From positions 96,760-160,759 of the forward strand of contig CAVZCL010000010.1 in NCBI GenBank assembly GCA_963773745.1: DNA of 64,000 bases, written 5' to 3'. The notes beneath the pieces were generated by a model, which ran no database searches, had not been told where the DNA came from, and worked only from the letters and a program-made list of their open reading frames with translations. Shown here piece by piece: positions 63,134 to 64,000 of this stretch. The DNA comes from an uncultured Chloroflexia bacterium. GTDB taxonomy: Bacteria; Chloroflexota; Anaerolineae; Caldilineales; Caldilineaceae. The translations under genes were made by a program, and so were the position numbers. Within the stretch, counting starts at the first letter, position 1. Each line of letters begins with the position of its first letter.

Positions 63134-64000
63134 CTATTGATAGATGATCATGTTGGGCGTCACTTCAACGCGCAAATTCTCGTTGTAGGGCTCTACGCCC
63201 ATGGACTGCGTCTCGGTGAGCACCGGCTCGTCCCAGCGGTAGAACATCTTGAAGGCGGTGTACTTGACGGCGTCGGTCTCGGCAAAGAAGTTGTTGTACT
63301 TCGTGATCTTGCCCCACGGGTCGCCCCAGCCGTCGGCGCAGAAGGTGAGCTCAAGCTGCGGGCTATCCCAGCGCAGCGCCTCCTTGTCCACAATCATCTC
63401 CTCAAAGAACTGGTGCACAAGGAAGATGCGCCGCCCGCGAATCTTGTTCTCGGTCATGTACTGCTCAATCGTATCCATCGCCTCGTTGATCTGCTCGCCC
63501 GTCACAAAGCCGATGGGGTTGCCCGGCACCGCCTGGTTGGGGTGGCTCATGGCAAATTCGGGGTCCACAGCCAGGTGCACGTTGGGGTATTGCAGATACT
63601 TGAGCACGGGCGAAATCGCCTCGCTCACAGAGAGCTTGCCCACCTGCACGTCGAGAATGACCGCGATATTCTCCCGAAGGCCCGCGTTGATGTACTCCAT
63701 CACCGTCGCGTCATCAAGATACTCGAGATAATCGCCCTCGGCCGTGGGGGTGACTGTGGCCATGCCGTGCACCAGGTGATAGGCGGGCTTGACGCGCAGG
63801 TTGTTGCCGTTCACCTCGTTGAGGATGCGCGCCGCTTCCTTGAGCTCCACCGTGAGCGACATCACGCTCATCTCGCCAAGGATGCCCATGACGAAGACGC
63901 CCGGGCGGCCGTAGTAGGTGAGCCAGGTGGTCTTGTAGTAGGGCGAGGTGATGGGGGCCGTCTGCCCGGCGGGCGTCATACGCGAGAAGATGAGCGACGA
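63134..64000 (-). CDS. Conserved hypothetical protein (possibly TIM-barrel hydrolase-like), open to the window edge
   Basis: 281-aa ORF from ATG 63979, but the frame stays open to position 64000, so the N-terminus may lie outside the window. No motif I can name with confidence. Confidence 0.5.
   Translation of the reverse strand, partial: SSLIFSRMTPAGQTAPITSPYYKTTWLTYYGRPGVFVMGILGEMSVMSLTVELKEAARILNEVNGNNLRVKPAYHLVHGMATVTPTAEGDYLEYLDDATVMEYINAGLRENIAVILDVQVGKLSVSEAISPVLKYLQYPNVHLAVDPEFAMSHPNQAVPGNPIGFVTGEQINEAMDTIEQYMTENKIRGRRIFLVHQFFEEMIVDKEALRWDSPQLELTFCADGWGDPWGKITKYNNFFAETDAVKYTAFKMFYRWDEPVLTETQSMGVEPYNENLRVEVTPNMIIYQ

Overview
High-GC bacterial chromosomal segment with about 50 protein-coding genes on both strands. 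The gene content and repeat vocabulary are reminiscent of Chloroflexota-type genomes, but the sequence alone does not prove the taxon. I found no rRNA, tRNA or CRISPR array. Recognisable content in order: a PRTase-like gene followed by three ATP-dependent carboxylate-amine ligases (one ATP-grasp, two YbdK/GCS2); an XPB-associated-domain protein; DUF1232 and MerR-like genes; an M3B oligoendopeptidase; sortase; a LysM protein; a metallophosphoesterase; a cysteine-desulfurase-like enzyme; SppA; a long RecQ; cysK-cysE; galT plus a ROK kinase; nfi; a HAD hydrolase; a complete mrpABCDEFG cation/proton antiporter operon; a PatB/MalY-type lyase; glutamate dehydrogenase; a polytopic-membrane protein joined to an ATPase_2/STAND-like NTPase; an MFS transporter; a CPBP protease; two tandem family-5 solute-binding proteins plus two ABC permeases with no ATPase genes; a HigB/HigA-like toxin-antitoxin pair; acs; an EEP nuclease/phosphatase; a solitary Phd/YefM-like antitoxin; a cupin; a RarA-methyltransferase fusion; and a lower-GC patch carrying a secreted FN3-like protein, a META lipoprotein and an alpha-lytic-type serine protease. 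Three window-wide observations stand out. (1) Almost every spacer holds long hairpins or palindromes. These include a perfect 171-bp palindrome, a 270-bp near-perfect palindrome, several GTAG-headed REP/REPIN-like families, and arms built from compositionally skewed short words. (2) At least 12 otherwise intact genes change reading frame once. Several of these shifts sit in short homopolymers, so they look like assembly indels and not gene decay. (3) A 48-bp duplication of the 3' end of the rarA-fusion gene brackets a 1.3-kb insert. No canonical defence system is recognisable. The best candidates for an undescribed system are the amidoligase cluster, the membrane-STAND ATPase and the intergenic palindrome architecture. 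Long antisense ORFs in the track are GC-driven shadows.
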